Below, piece by piece: positions 26,564-36,113 of a DNA stretch of 64,000 bases. The stretch comes from a virus (lineage: Duplodnaviria; Caudoviricetes): IMG/VR virus record IMGVR_UViG_3300011226_000001, positions 96,001 to 160,000 of that record, one strand, 5' to 3'. The translations under genes and the position numbers were made by a program. Below the pieces are notes generated by a model. It had not been told where the DNA came from. It ran no database searches and saw nothing but the letters and a program-made list of their open reading frames with translations. The first letter of the stretch is position 1, and every line of letters starts with the position of its first letter.

Positions 26564-26974
26564 TCAAGTGTATCGTGAGTTGGGTTCTTTACCGTCAAGA
26601 ATATCAATCAGGACATTCGCTCTGTAATCGAGTAACAGTCTCTGGCTTTCGATATTCCTGTCTTGATTATTGACCAGTTCTTCCAGACGTCTAATGCGAC
26701 GTTGAATCTCTGGCGTTGGGTGCTTGCGACTGAGTAGAGCCATCTTGACAACCAATTGCTCTCTCATGGTCAAGGCTGATCGAAGATTCTCGCACGACTG
26801 ACTGAACAGCATCAGCATCACCAGATACTTTCTCGACACAACTTGATCAGGGGATTTCACCCTAGAGAGAACGACGTCAACGCAGCGAGGCACAATATAA
26901 CCTAGCTGCTCAGTGCGATGGACAGACTCCTTAAGTCGGCGCAGTGATCGTTCATAATCTTTTTGTATGCTCAT
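26564..26974 (-). CDS. Hypothetical coiled-coil protein
   Basis: 136 aa, 4-nt overlap with upstream gene. Confidence 0.65.
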   Translation of the reverse strand: MSIQKDYERSLRRLKESVHRTEQLGYIVPRCVDVVLSRVKSPDQVVSRKYLVMLMLFSQSCENLRSALTMREQLVVKMALLSRKHPTPEIQRRIRRLEELVNNQDRNIESQRLLLDYRANVLIDILDGKEPNSRYT

Positions 26975-28062
26975 AGCTCAAATGTTTTTACGATATGCTT
27001 CGGACGTTGAGACTTCGGCTTCTTGTCCGGCAGCAGACCTTGTTGTTGAGTTTTCCGTCCTGTGCTTACAATCTCCATATAAGTCAGGTCGGGGTTGGCC
27101 ATGATTCGCTGCTCTAACTTCTTCATGAAGTCAATCATGTGTGATTGAATAAAGCAATAGTCAACAAAAGGGCATGTATCATATCCGTGGAACTCGTCCC
27201 AATAATACTCGGCGCTCTTGCATGGCTTACGTTTGATAGCTGGCAGCAGGTCACCCGTACGCGCCGATTTTACCGCAGCGTCCCATGCGCGTATCTGTTC
27301 CATCATAAAGTCTTTCGCACGTTTCGACTCTGCCTCGTCAAACACAAAGGTCTTTTCGACAAACTTCTTCGGGTTGTCGCGTGGCACGTAAACGAGGGTA
27401 TAGTCCACGATGTTATAGCCGTAACGTTTTTTCAGCAGGTACGCGTATGTTGCGATCTGAAAGCGATGGTACTTAACGAAGAATGTTCCGTCAGCGGCTT
27501 TCGTCACCATGGTAGACTTCAAATCGATCAGGCTGTATGTGCCGTCAAGATTATCAATCAGCCCATCGACGTAACCCTTGAGTGACTTATACAGGACTTT
27601 GAGTTCTGCGTATGCCATGGGTTTGTCACACGTCGGACAGCGATTGTTCGTGCTTCGAGTTCGCGTGTACTTGCCCTTCTTATATTTACCGTCAACCATT
27701 TTACCTTTGGTCTTTGGGTATTCAGGGCATTTCTCGTTCGTACATTTCCAGTGACCAACCATCTGACCACTGTGCCCCAGAGCATTCTGCAACGATTCGT
27801 GCATCCCTGTCCCTGCTTTCGCAAAGATGTTCAACAACGTACCGGACTCACCAGTCATGCAGTTGTTATGCTTCTGATAAATCAGTTTGGCAGTTTCTTG
27901 AATCGCACAGATGGGAAACATTGAAGGGCTGACGCGTTTCTTCGGCCAGCGCTTCTCTTGATTCTTTACGTCAAGGGCAGCATCGATCATTTTGCCGATG
28001 CGTGACATTACGCGAGTGTCATTGACTCGCGCTGGTACGTTTGCGAACGTTCTCATAGTCAT
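26971..28062 (-). CDS. Cas4/RecB-like PD-(D/E)xK exonuclease
   Basis: SPSMFPIC, GTGMHE, GYVDG, LIDLKS, QIATYAY and C-terminal C..CPFVDYC. Confidence 0.8.
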   Translation of the reverse strand: MTMRTFANVPARVNDTRVMSRIGKMIDAALDVKNQEKRWPKKRVSPSMFPICAIQETAKLIYQKHNNCMTGESGTLLNIFAKAGTGMHESLQNALGHSGQMVGHWKCTNEKCPEYPKTKGKMVDGKYKKGKYTRTRSTNNRCPTCDKPMAYAELKVLYKSLKGYVDGLIDNLDGTYSLIDLKSTMVTKAADGTFFVKYHRFQIATYAYLLKKRYGYNIVDYTLVYVPRDNPKKFVEKTFVFDEAESKRAKDFMMEQIRAWDAAVKSARTGDLLPAIKRKPCKSAEYYWDEFHGYDTCPFVDYCFIQSHMIDFMKKLEQRIMANPDLTYMEIVSTGRKTQQQGLLPDKKPKSQRPKHIVKTFEL

Positions 28063-28354
28063 CCTCGCTTACGGCAATCATGCCTTTGAAAAATACGAAC
28101 TTGTAGTAGCGAGTACCAAACAGGTATGAACGCACTTCTACACCTTCTTCCTTGGTTGCGTACATCAGGCGAAGACTCTTGGTCAGTGCTTCAACGTCAG
28201 TGTCAACAGGCAGCGACAGGCCAATCATATCGCCCTGCGTATTGAACGCACCTAAAGTCTGAGGTTCAACTCGTATCAAGTCACATAGCTGTAACCAGTG
28301 CTTATCGTAAAAGCGCCGTACAGCGGTATGCACGTAGCGATGTGGATTACCCAT
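28019..28354 (-). CDS. Hypothetical protein
   Basis: 111 aa, AGGA SD. Confidence 0.62.
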   Translation of the reverse strand: MGNPHRYVHTAVRRFYDKHWLQLCDLIRVEPQTLGAFNTQGDMIGLSLPVDTDVEALTKSLRLMYATKEEGVEVRSYLFGTRYYKFVFFKGMIAVSEDDYENVRKRTSASQ

Positions 28355-28419
28355 TCTAGTTATTCCTTTATCTGTAAATATGCTTATATGCGTAAATTAC
28401 GAAATGAATAGAGGATGGT

Positions 28420-29478
28420 ATGGCAGAAGATGTCCATCAGATAATACTTGACGAGATCGGCAAATTGCCGGGCGACAAGAAATATAACGGCGACACTGTT
28501 ATGGTGTGCTGTCCTTTCCACAGCGACAAGACCCCTAGTTGTGGTATTTACACTTCTGTAGGGATGGAAATCCCGTTAGGATTCTTCCACTGCTTTGGCT
28601 GTGGTGAGAAAGGCGGTTGGAATAAATTAGCGGCACACGCGAGACTGCAAGAGATTAAAGGCTGGGCGTTGAAAGACGCTGGCACAAACTCACTTAGTGC
28701 GCTACTCAAAACGTATGAACAGATTGGTTCGAAGATTGGTACTTATCCTTCTGTCGGTCTGTTGATGAAAGCTCTCGGTCGTAAGTCTTACATGGAGTGG
28801 CCGCTCGATGTTGAGTGGCGTGGATATCCGGGTGCGCTTGTTCGTGCTGCTGGTGGTCTGCTTAATGCACAGCACACAGGTACGAACGTTTGCTTCTTCC
28901 CATGCAAGCACGGTACGAAATACATAGGTGGGATTGCAGCTTATCTGCGTAAGCAAATGAACGGCACCAGCTATGTGAACTCGCAAGGTGATTGGGCAAA
29001 AGATAAAGGTCTGTTCCCGTTACCTCTTGTGAAAGAGTGTTTGAAGAAATACAAGTTGCGTTACATCGTACTCGTCGAAGGTCCTCGTGATGCGCTTGCT
29101 CTTTTATCTTATGGCATACCTGCACTGGCTGTTCTTGGTGCAGAGCAGTTCGGTGAAACGAAACGTAGAACGATTGAGATGCTGGGCGTGAGTGTTGTCT
29201 ATACGATGACAGACAACGATGGCGGCGGTAAGTTACTGCGTGGGAAAATCAAAGAGGAGTTCGAGCGCAACTCACCAGTACCTGTCAAGCACTTCAAGTT
29301 ACCTCGTGATTTTGATGAAGACGGTAAGCTGATTAAGCTCGACCCTGATAATGCGCCATTCGAGTTAATCAAAGAAGTTCGAATGACACTGCGAGACATT
29401 CACGGTAAGAAATGTATCATGCCAGCAAAAGCGTTAGGCTGGAATCGTCCTAAAGCAATAGAGAAGAAAGGAAAGTAG
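28420..29478 (+). CDS. dnaG: DNA primase (CHC2 zinc finger plus TOPRIM)
   Basis: CCPFHSDKTPS..FHCFGCG; LVEGPRDAL; TDNDGGG. Confidence 0.9.
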   Translation: MAEDVHQIILDEIGKLPGDKKYNGDTVMVCCPFHSDKTPSCGIYTSVGMEIPLGFFHCFGCGEKGGWNKLAAHARLQEIKGWALKDAGTNSLSALLKTYEQIGSKIGTYPSVGLLMKALGRKSYMEWPLDVEWRGYPGALVRAAGGLLNAQHTGTNVCFFPCKHGTKYIGGIAAYLRKQMNGTSYVNSQGDWAKDKGLFPLPLVKECLKKYKLRYIVLVEGPRDALALLSYGIPALAVLGAEQFGETKRRTIEMLGVSVVYTMTDNDGGGKLLRGKIKEEFERNSPVPVKHFKLPRDFDEDGKLIKLDPDNAPFELIKEVRMTLRDIHGKKCIMPAKALGWNRPKAIEKKGK

Positions 29479-29479
29479 A

Positions 29480-29650
29480 ATGGCTTTGAAGTTCAGGAAG
29501 CAGTACAAGCAACACACGCTCGATGATTTACGCAGTCGCAGTATTCGTCGTATGCAGCGTCTAATCAATCGTATCAAAGTTGAACCGCGATTGATTAAGC
29601 CAGGCGAAGCATCAGCGTTCCTTGTTCGACTGAGACAACAGCAGCAGTAA
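29480..29650 (+). CDS. Small basic protein (56 aa; below ORF-track cutoff)
   Basis: ATG 1 nt after the primase stop, AGGA SD; MALKFRKQYK...QQQQ. Confidence 0.55.
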   Translation: MALKFRKQYKQHTLDDLRSRSIRRMQRLINRIKVEPRLIKPGEASAFLVRLRQQQQ

Positions 29651-29651
29651 T

Positions 29652-29692
29652 AAAAATGGGAGACTCCTTTCGGGGCCTCCCATTTTTTTTTG
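29652..29692. terminator. Bidirectional intrinsic terminator between convergent genes
   Basis: AAAATGGGAG..CTCCCATTTT stem flanked by A and T runs. Confidence 0.75.
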
Positions 29693-29706
29693 TCTTGAGC
29701 CAGCAA

Positions 29707-30369
29707 TTACGCGTCGTCGAGGGCCTGAACGATCAGGTCAACGATTGCAGGACGAGTGATGTGTTCACGCAGAATTTTCAGCTCGGCAACTGGCAGATTG
29801 ATACCGCGAGACAGGAACTCACGAACCAGATTGTCGTCTGATTCTTCGCTGTCAGCTGCGGCGCGCAGAATGAATGCGTTAACGAACTGGTTTTCAGAAT
29901 GCTGTTCAGCACCTTCGAAGTGGATCTCTTTCTTACGAGCACCGCCGCCCAGATCGATTTCAGCCAGCTCACCTTCGTTCTCCAACAGATCAGCAGCGAT
30001 AGACGCGTTCATCTTATTCAGGTTACGCATCTCAGCTTGCGCCAGAGAACTTGTACGCAGATATTCTTCCGCGCTCTTAGTGTCGATGATCACCAGCTGG
30101 TTCATACGCAGCGCACGACGCAGGTGAGTAGATTGCAGCAGGCTTGCTTTGGTTGCTTGCTGAGTCAGATCGACAGGGATGAAGGTTGCAGGTACAACAA
30201 CAGCAACAGGCTGGCCCAGATCGTCTTTCGCGCTGAACGCTACGTTACCGCGAGGCTCAGTACGGTTTGCAACATACATAGGAGCTACAACGTCATCGCC
30301 GTAACGTTCGTTGTAAGTTGCGAGAGTGATCGGCTTAACAGTGGTGTTGCTATTCTTTTTCGTACTCAT
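29707..30369 (-). CDS. Hypothetical protein sharing an N-terminal domain with the Ig-like protein
   Basis: VPAT..VDLTQQA block shared with 30421-32190. Confidence 0.75.
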   Translation of the reverse strand: MSTKKNSNTTVKPITLATYNERYGDDVVAPMYVANRTEPRGNVAFSAKDDLGQPVAVVVPATFIPVDLTQQATKASLLQSTHLRRALRMNQLVIIDTKSAEEYLRTSSLAQAEMRNLNKMNASIAADLLENEGELAEIDLGGGARKKEIHFEGAEQHSENQFVNAFILRAAADSEESDDNLVREFLSRGINLPVAELKILREHITRPAIVDLIVQALDDA

Positions 30370-30420
30370 GGTAATTCTCCGAATTTCAGTTCTATTAGGG
30401 GCCGAAGCCCCTATAAAGGA

Positions 30421-32190
30421 TTAAGCTGTAGCGACAGCCAAAGTGTCAGTGAAGTCAACGTAGCCCGCATGTTTAACAGTCAGCGTGGCTTGCCCCTCGA
30501 CCAGAGCACCTGACAGAGTAATGATGAACTCGCCAGTGCTCGCGTCTGCTACAGCATCACCGGTAACACTACCCTGAGTCAGAGACACAGTGGAACCTGG
30601 GGTTGCTAAACCTGTAGCAGTATCTTCGCCAGCTTTCAGATCAGCGTCAAGCTCACCGCGAGCCTGTACTGCCTGAGTAACTTCGAAGGAAGCTGTCAGA
30701 TATTGAGCGCGAGACAGTTCGATAGTAACTGGGCCCGGCACAACATTTGTGAAGCCGTCAACAGAGAACGCACCCTGCGGGTTTGAAGACGCAGTTTTGG
30801 TTTCACCGTTCATGGTCACTTTGACAGTCGTGCTTGCAGCGGTATTACCAACAACCGCTGTTTGTCCATCAACTGCTTGCTCCAGAGTAGGAGCAGCGAA
30901 CTCTTCCAGAATCGTGAACGACGTTGAACCATCTTCGTAGAACGCAGAGGTAACGTTAACAACGCCCGTTGCACCGATACCAGCTTTCGCATCAACACCA
31001 GCGATGTTGAAAGTACCCGCACCCAGATTGACTGTACCTTCGTACACGCCCGCCTGAACAGTTACGGTGACAGCGATATCATTCGCTTCTGGATTCAGTC
31101 CAGCGATAGTACCAGACACAACGGTACGAGTCTCACCGAACGCATCTGCATCGTCAACAGCGATAGCGCCGAACTGGAGTTTAGTTGGTTGCATTGTCGC
31201 AGTTGCTTCATCGTAGCCGTCAATCTCAACAGCACGAATAGACACAGCGCCTTTGATTGCACCAACAGTTGCAGTCCAGTTGCCCTGAGCATCAGCAGTA
31301 ACGAACTGGTTAGACTGACCGTCGATCAGGATTTCGACTTCACCGTTAGGGTTTGCTTTACCTGCCAGAGAGGTAGACAGGAAAGCAGCGCTGTTAATCT
31401 GCGCAATGCCCGGAACGCTATCGACAACTACAGCAACCTGTTTAATCAGATAGCCAGCAGCGTCGATGGCCAGATGAATAGTGTCGAACGGCAGTGGGTC
31501 AACGTTGATAGAGAACGCACCCTGATCATCAGCCTGACCAGTGAATGCTTTGCTCGCAACAGTTACAACGATATTAGCATTCGCAACAGTCGATCCCGAA
31601 ACAGTAGTCTCGTTAAAGACAGCGTGTACAGTCGGTTCAGGCATTGGTTGCAGCGGCTGTTCACCAGCTTCGTAGTTGTAACGAGCAGGTGTGAAACCGT
31701 CAGCAGTGACAGTGATAGAAAACGCACCCTGTTTCAGACCAGATACGTCAACAGTGAATACGCCAGCACCGTTTGAAGTACCTGTCCAGACGTTACCGTT
31801 CTGTTCAACGATCACAGTCGCGTTCGGAATGGTTGTACCGTCAACAGACAGTGCACCAGCGACAGGCGGTTGAGACAGAGTAGGCTGAGAAATACCTTTG
31901 CCTGGTTGTGGCATATCGTCAGGGTTCAGCAGCACAACGCGCTGCAAATCGATCAGAGATTTCAGTTGACTACAGGCCAGCAGATTTTCTAATGGCGCTT
32001 GCTGCGTCAGGTCAACAGCGTTCGGAGTCGCAGGGATGATGACGTCCTTCATTTTGAAGTTGTCACCCGGACACTGGAAAGAGATTTGACCCAGCGGTTG
32101 GGTTTGGTTCTTCACCAGCATCTGAGGCTCGCTCAGGATGTTGCGCTTAATGATAGCGCGATACTGATCGAGAGAGATAAAATCACTCAT
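30421..32190 (-). CDS. Ig-like repeat protein, putative virion decoration
   Basis: About six beta-rich repeats of pattern V.G.T.P...V.V...AD..G.F.I. Confidence 0.75.
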   Translation of the reverse strand: MSDFISLDQYRAIIKRNILSEPQMLVKNQTQPLGQISFQCPGDNFKMKDVIIPATPNAVDLTQQAPLENLLACSQLKSLIDLQRVVLLNPDDMPQPGKGISQPTLSQPPVAGALSVDGTTIPNATVIVEQNGNVWTGTSNGAGVFTVDVSGLKQGAFSITVTADGFTPARYNYEAGEQPLQPMPEPTVHAVFNETTVSGSTVANANIVVTVASKAFTGQADDQGAFSINVDPLPFDTIHLAIDAAGYLIKQVAVVVDSVPGIAQINSAAFLSTSLAGKANPNGEVEILIDGQSNQFVTADAQGNWTATVGAIKGAVSIRAVEIDGYDEATATMQPTKLQFGAIAVDDADAFGETRTVVSGTIAGLNPEANDIAVTVTVQAGVYEGTVNLGAGTFNIAGVDAKAGIGATGVVNVTSAFYEDGSTSFTILEEFAAPTLEQAVDGQTAVVGNTAASTTVKVTMNGETKTASSNPQGAFSVDGFTNVVPGPVTIELSRAQYLTASFEVTQAVQARGELDADLKAGEDTATGLATPGSTVSLTQGSVTGDAVADASTGEFIITLSGALVEGQATLTVKHAGYVDFTDTLAVATA

Positions 32191-32878
32191 TGGAGTCTCC
32201 AGATTGTTTAAGGTTTTGCAGCGACTGGCAGAACGTCTGATACTTACGAGGCGTTAACCGCAGTGCCATACCTAAATTAAAGTCAGAATTGGTTATCTTG
32301 CCCACCATCTTAGCAAATCGTTCTTCGTCGTCGAGATACGCCAGCATCCACGGACGGTAATCATTGAACGTCTGCACCAGATAGTTATGGACTTGATCGA
32401 CAATGCGACTGCGGCCTTCTACGTACTCAAAAGACCTATCGCAATCAGAATCATCAATCCCGGCAATAAACATAGTAAGACAGATAGCAGTACGGGTACG
32501 ATTTTGTGCGCGTCGAATCGTATTGTCCAACTGCTTTTGATCCATCTCCTTGAGTTCCGGGAAGAGGCCACGTTTGTAATAAGCGATCTCCCTGTTAGAG
32601 ATTGAACGGTCAGCAGCTTCTTTGCGGTCAAGCGCCATACATCCAGTAGGCGTTTCGCGTGTGCAATACTGACAGGTGGTAATCGGACACTGTCCGCGAA
32701 AACGAAACGGTTGAGGCTTGTCTTCCATTTCAGGACAGTGAATGATTGGACGCATGTCCGTCACAACGCGAATAGGAACTGCTTTAGATTTTGCTTTCTT
32801 TGTTTTCTTTGCCGCAGCAGGCTTCTTCTCTTTCGACGCCTTAACTTTGACTTCTCGTTCTTTCTTCAACTTCGCCAT
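32183..32878 (-). CDS. Hypothetical protein with Lys-rich N-terminus and Cys cluster
   Basis: CP..CPITTCQYC..GC; start MAKLKK. Confidence 0.68.
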   Translation of the reverse strand: MAKLKKEREVKVKASKEKKPAAAKKTKKAKSKAVPIRVVTDMRPIIHCPEMEDKPQPFRFRGQCPITTCQYCTRETPTGCMALDRKEAADRSISNREIAYYKRGLFPELKEMDQKQLDNTIRRAQNRTRTAICLTMFIAGIDDSDCDRSFEYVEGRSRIVDQVHNYLVQTFNDYRPWMLAYLDDEERFAKMVGKITNSDFNLGMALRLTPRKYQTFCQSLQNLKQSGDSNE

Positions 32879-32924
32879 TTCTATATCCCACAAGCCACGT
32901 TAACCAAGTAAGGATATTTACAGA

Positions 32925-33290
32925 TTACTCGGCTACATATGCGGGGAAACCAATGGAGACCGAGTACAGCACGCCGTTTGGAATTTCGTTCACCGACGGG
33001 TCACGATAGGTAAACTTCGGAGCTTGCGTAACAAGCGTCAGACGCTGCATAGCTCCGTCGATAGAGCGCGTTGCACCTTCGGTACGCAGCATCTCAATGT
33101 GCTCTGCGATCTTCGCTTTCAGATCTTGCAGAAGGGTAGTGCCCTGCGCGTCCGAGCGCACACTGATCAGCGTTTCGATTGTAGCATACGTGCGACTGTT
33201 CTCGCCTACCTGACCACGATCGAGGTATACCGGTGCGCCGAATTCGGACACTACATCTTTGACGAGAGCGAGCAGTTGTTCGTGTTCCAT
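32925..33290 (-). CDS. Hypothetical protein
   Basis: Start MEHEQ at 33290 with GAGG SD. Confidence 0.65.
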   Translation of the reverse strand: MEHEQLLALVKDVVSEFGAPVYLDRGQVGENSRTYATIETLISVRSDAQGTTLLQDLKAKIAEHIEMLRTEGATRSIDGAMQRLTLVTQAPKFTYRDPSVNEIPNGVLYSVSIGFPAYVAE

Positions 33291-33297
33291 GTTTGCC

Positions 33298-33846
33298 TCA
33301 CAGTACAGGTGCAGCCAAGAACTTCGGAACGTACACATCAACGATTCTGTTGAAGCCTACGAAAGGTTTCCGGTTCGTGTGGCGGTAGAAGGTATACATG
33401 CCAATAAGGCTTGCATCAAATTCGTGAATCGCTTTGCGACTCTTTTTGGACGTCAGGTTGTAATGCGCGTAATACTCTTTGAGGTTCATCGTGCGATTGA
33501 ACGCGTTCTTCCACTGACTCGCCGTTATCAGATCGATAGGGCAATTCTTTTTCAGTGCGAACACGGACAGCACACCAAGCATGAGCGAGATTGCTTCAAT
33601 GGTGTTACCGCCTAGACCACGCGATTGGAAACGCTCGAAGCACATCGCATCAAACGGTCCATAGCGCTTCCATATGTCTTCAAGCTCTTTCGTGAACTCT
33701 TTGACAGGCTGGCGCATATCGTAATGAAGATTTTGAATAGGATGTTGAAACATCCGCGTACCGAGTATGTTAATGCGATTGTCCTTAAACTCCTGAACAG
33801 ACAACGCGAAGTTAACCTTTCCCGGGTCGCCTGATAGAATACGCAT
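33298..33846 (-). CDS. ruvC: RuvC-like Holliday junction resolvase
   Basis: MRILSGDPG..FA, FERFQ, WK and HEFDASLIG acidic motifs. Confidence 0.8.
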   Translation of the reverse strand: MRILSGDPGKVNFALSVQEFKDNRINILGTRMFQHPIQNLHYDMRQPVKEFTKELEDIWKRYGPFDAMCFERFQSRGLGGNTIEAISLMLGVLSVFALKKNCPIDLITASQWKNAFNRTMNLKEYYAHYNLTSKKSRKAIHEFDASLIGMYTFYRHTNRKPFVGFNRIVDVYVPKFLAAPVL

Positions 33847-33945
33847 GTTAGGCTCCGTGATTTAACATACTATAAATAAGTATTTATCAGGCTGAAGGTT
33901 GAAATTTTCTTCTCACTAATTTCAACCACACAGAGGAGAACTTCT

Positions 33946-35055
33946 ATGAGCTGGATTGAACGTGGAAGACCACGAAATACTTATGACCGGCACAAGACCT
34001 ACGAAACGGAGCGCGTCCAACGACGTCTTGATTCCGTCCAGAAGGTAGTGCAGTCAAAAGTCGAACAGGCATTGCAGGTTGATGCTATCGATATCGTTAT
34101 CTTCAAGAAAGCAAAGATGGGTCTGACCTGTAGTTGCAACAAGGTTGAGAACGATATCATGGATGACGTACCGGCCGGAATGAAATCTCTCGGTCGTGAG
34201 TCTGACGCAATGAACGGCGGCGTTAAGATCGGCACAGTATCAAAGGGAATGTTTGGCGGTGGGCGTCAATCAGTTTCTCTCGATGATATTGATGACGGCA
34301 TGAACGCAGTCATGGACGCAGCAGACATTATGGGCGTTGACAGCGGTGAAGAGTTCGACGTCAAATGGGATGGTGGTAACGTTGCGAACTGCGGCATCTG
34401 TTTCCGTCAGGGTGTTGTGCCCGGATTTGTAAGCACAGGCTACATCTACAACATCGCAACGCATCACCACGTTAAAGAGCTGACAGGCTATACGCTCGAT
34501 CAGTCCACCAGCCCTGCAACATTCAGACAAGTTCGCAAAGACGGTTACGCTGATTTTGATCAGCTTATCCCAAAATACTTTACGCAGGCGACTTATTCGG
34601 TACGTCTAAACGAAAGTATGTTACCTGCTTTTCCACGTCCTATGCTGCTAGTTAACGGCGTTGAAGTCGAACTGACAGCGAAGAACCTTGAACCGTGGCG
34701 TGGCAAGCACGTAACGATTCGCGTTAAAGGCGTTGAGGCATTCACGCACTGCACGATGATCTTTGACTTAGGTGTGCCTCCAGTTCGAGGTAACATCAGC
34801 GAAGAAGCAAACGTGTTGAACTACGATCAGGAGCTGACTGTTGGCAACATCACGGTCGTGCTGCCAGCGCGTAGCGGTGCGATTGAACCAGAAGACATTC
34901 TCGTTCTGCCTTTCAAAAACTACGTGCTGAAAGTGATGGAAGCACCGAAGAAACGCACAGCGAAAAACGATCAGTGGGAATGGGTGTGCACCACTCGTCC
35001 TGTACAGCGCAAAGAGATTGCGTACAACATTTTCAAAGGCTTCAAAATTCTCTAG
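33946..35055 (+). CDS. Conserved-looking late protein, possibly head completion or neck
   Basis: CTAATTT motif upstream; CSC..CGIC; function inferred only. Confidence 0.6.
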   Translation: MSWIERGRPRNTYDRHKTYETERVQRRLDSVQKVVQSKVEQALQVDAIDIVIFKKAKMGLTCSCNKVENDIMDDVPAGMKSLGRESDAMNGGVKIGTVSKGMFGGGRQSVSLDDIDDGMNAVMDAADIMGVDSGEEFDVKWDGGNVANCGICFRQGVVPGFVSTGYIYNIATHHHVKELTGYTLDQSTSPATFRQVRKDGYADFDQLIPKYFTQATYSVRLNESMLPAFPRPMLLVNGVEVELTAKNLEPWRGKHVTIRVKGVEAFTHCTMIFDLGVPPVRGNISEEANVLNYDQELTVGNITVVLPARSGAIEPEDILVLPFKNYVLKVMEAPKKRTAKNDQWEWVCTTRPVQRKEIAYNIFKGFKIL

Positions 35056-35065
35056 GAGAAAGACA

Positions 35066-35725
35066 ATGGCACGTATCATGATCAGTTTGAACAGCGCAGC
35101 AAACGGCGATATGACAAACAAGGCACAGCCTGCATCAGATATCCCTGACAGTTGGCCAGACCCGAACAAGCTGACGGGTAAGATTCCATTTGACGCTAAT
35201 CAAAGTGAAATAGCGGACGATATGTTCGATCCTGATAAAGCTGTTGAAGGTAATGCAGATCTGCGTAACGGCAACACGAAGCCAGGCGCAGAGGGCAAAG
35301 CGTCACGCCCTGACGAGAACTTCCGTGCTGGTGGGCGCACAACGAATGAAGTCGAATCCACTCACTGCGATAAGCAGAATGCTCTTGGGCAGCCTGTGCG
35401 CTTCACGAAAGACGACATTATGGGTGGTGGAATGTCGTTTAAAGACCTGTTTGGTGACGTATTCGGCGATATCTTTGGCAATCGCCGTGTGCAAAAAGCG
35501 ATTAGCGGTGCTATGGAGCGCGAAAGCACTCGGTCACTGTCAAAAGGTCGTTCGAAGTCTGCGAAAATGCGCTCGCAGATGCTTAAAATGGTCATGCCTG
35601 AGCTATCGCGCGAACAGGGCGAACGTTTAGCGACTGCAATGGCAGAGCACGACGGGGAGACTGTCAAACGCATTCTGACGCAGATAGGAGTGAAGCTAGG
35701 GAAGCGCGTTTCTCAGAAAAAATGA
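35066..35725 (+). CDS. Protein with ISLNS leader variant
   Basis: Start MARIMISLNS at 35066 with AGGAG SD. Confidence 0.7.
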   Translation: MARIMISLNSAANGDMTNKAQPASDIPDSWPDPNKLTGKIPFDANQSEIADDMFDPDKAVEGNADLRNGNTKPGAEGKASRPDENFRAGGRTTNEVESTHCDKQNALGQPVRFTKDDIMGGGMSFKDLFGDVFGDIFGNRRVQKAISGAMERESTRSLSKGRSKSAKMRSQMLKMVMPELSREQGERLATAMAEHDGETVKRILTQIGVKLGKRVSQKK

Positions 35726-36113
35726 CTCAAAATATCTGGATAAAGATTAACCGATTTTGGGTAGATTTGCGTTTTAAGCGCTCCGTGGGTGGGGGTTCAA
35801 AAAACACGCCCAAATTACACGGAATCGGGGAGATCTTTTTGCGGCTATTTTTTCAATATAGGGCTATTTTGACCACTGTAGACACGCAGATCATAGTGCT
35901 TTTCGAAGATCAGGTCTTTTTTACCGCAGTGTACTATAGCCCTGTATGTTATCGATCAGTTCCAAGCCGTACCAAGCCGTCCTGACCTCGCCATCCAGAG
36001 CGAGCCAAGCGAGGATTGTTGACGGTTAAGAGGTTTGTAAGGGTTGATAAGTTGATTCTGTAAAGAACCTATAGAAAAAGAAGCAAGGATCGAGATATGG
36101 GTATGAAAAGGCA

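Noticed and set aside
26971-28062. Cas4-like nuclease as evidence of a CRISPR-Cas locus
   Set aside because: No repeat-spacer array or other cas genes seen; solo Cas4-like nucleases are common in phages.
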